Assembly: GCA_002269645.1 (NCBI GenBank)
Contig: NIVC01003158.1
Span: 62,001 to 126,000 of the forward strand
Source: Macrostomum lignano
Lineage: Eukaryota
DNA: 64,000 bases
Direction: 5' to 3'
The notes beneath the pieces were generated by a model. That model ran no database searches. It saw only the letters and a program-made list of their open reading frames with translations, and had not been told where the DNA came from. Both the position numbers and the translations under genes were made by a program. Positions 63,613-64,000 of the stretch are shown here, piece after piece (position 1 is the stretch's first letter; each line of letters starts with the position of its first letter).

Positions 63613-64000
63613 ATGTCAAGAAAATGTTGCCTTCGACAATTTTGTCCAAACTATAAGTCTGGAAACAAGGTTCCAGTATATCGCTTTCCTTCTGACACTA
63701 AAGAATTCAATCATTGGCATCAAGCATTGCCTAGTACAATAAAGGTGAGAGCTGGAATTCAAAGCATTTCTCAATATTTTTCTATATTAGTAGTACACCA
63801 TAGTATCTCTAATACACCATAGTATCTCTTTTCAGACTATCACTAAGCATGTGGGCATTTGGTCAAAGCATTGGCCAGATGGTGCACCACTTATTAAAGT
63901 AAACAATTGTTTCCAACCAGTTGACCCACCATCGATTTTTTTGTGTCCACCAAGTTCCCTTTGGCAGACATTGAAAGGTACGACAGCGAATGATCAGCTA
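63613..64000 (+). CDS. THAP-like domain protein (possibly transposase-related), partial; exons 63613-63744 and 63836-end
   Basis: MSRKCCLRQFC...YRFPSD...W...|TITKHVGIWSKHW...PPSIF follows the THAP C-x4-C...FP...W...CxxH...P-T/S-I-F pattern; GT-AG junction in phase 0. Confidence 0.65.

Overview
Eukaryotic (metazoan) genomic DNA with GT-AG spliced genes, GC-rich exons and repeat-laden introns. The style suggests an invertebrate such as a free-living flatworm, but that is only an inference. Host genes reconstructed exon by exon: four tandem GT32 (DXD, SUR1/OCH1-like) glycosyltransferase paralogs on + (1.9-23.7 kb; the 4th has a CGA>TGA nonsense), an 8-exon LIV-1-type SLC39/ZIP transporter on - (26.5-33.2 kb), a 5-exon tetraspanin on + (36.7-40.6 kb), a 3-exon ARF6 on - (45.5-61.3 kb) and a THAP-like gene running off the right end. 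The most striking object is a 13.1-kb LTR element in ARF6 intron 1. It has near-identical 2.2-kb LTRs, a 4-bp ATTA TSD, a tRNA-Leu PBS, gag and a protease, but no recognisable RT, RNase H or integrase. It instead carries unknown ORFs and an internal repeat-spacer array of copies of its own PBS/LTR-end junction. Also present: two solo LTRs with TSDs, a hAT element nested in a foldback, a Tc1 remnant, two tRNA-derived CORE-like SINEs and many mini/microsatellites. All alignments and splice calls were made by eye.
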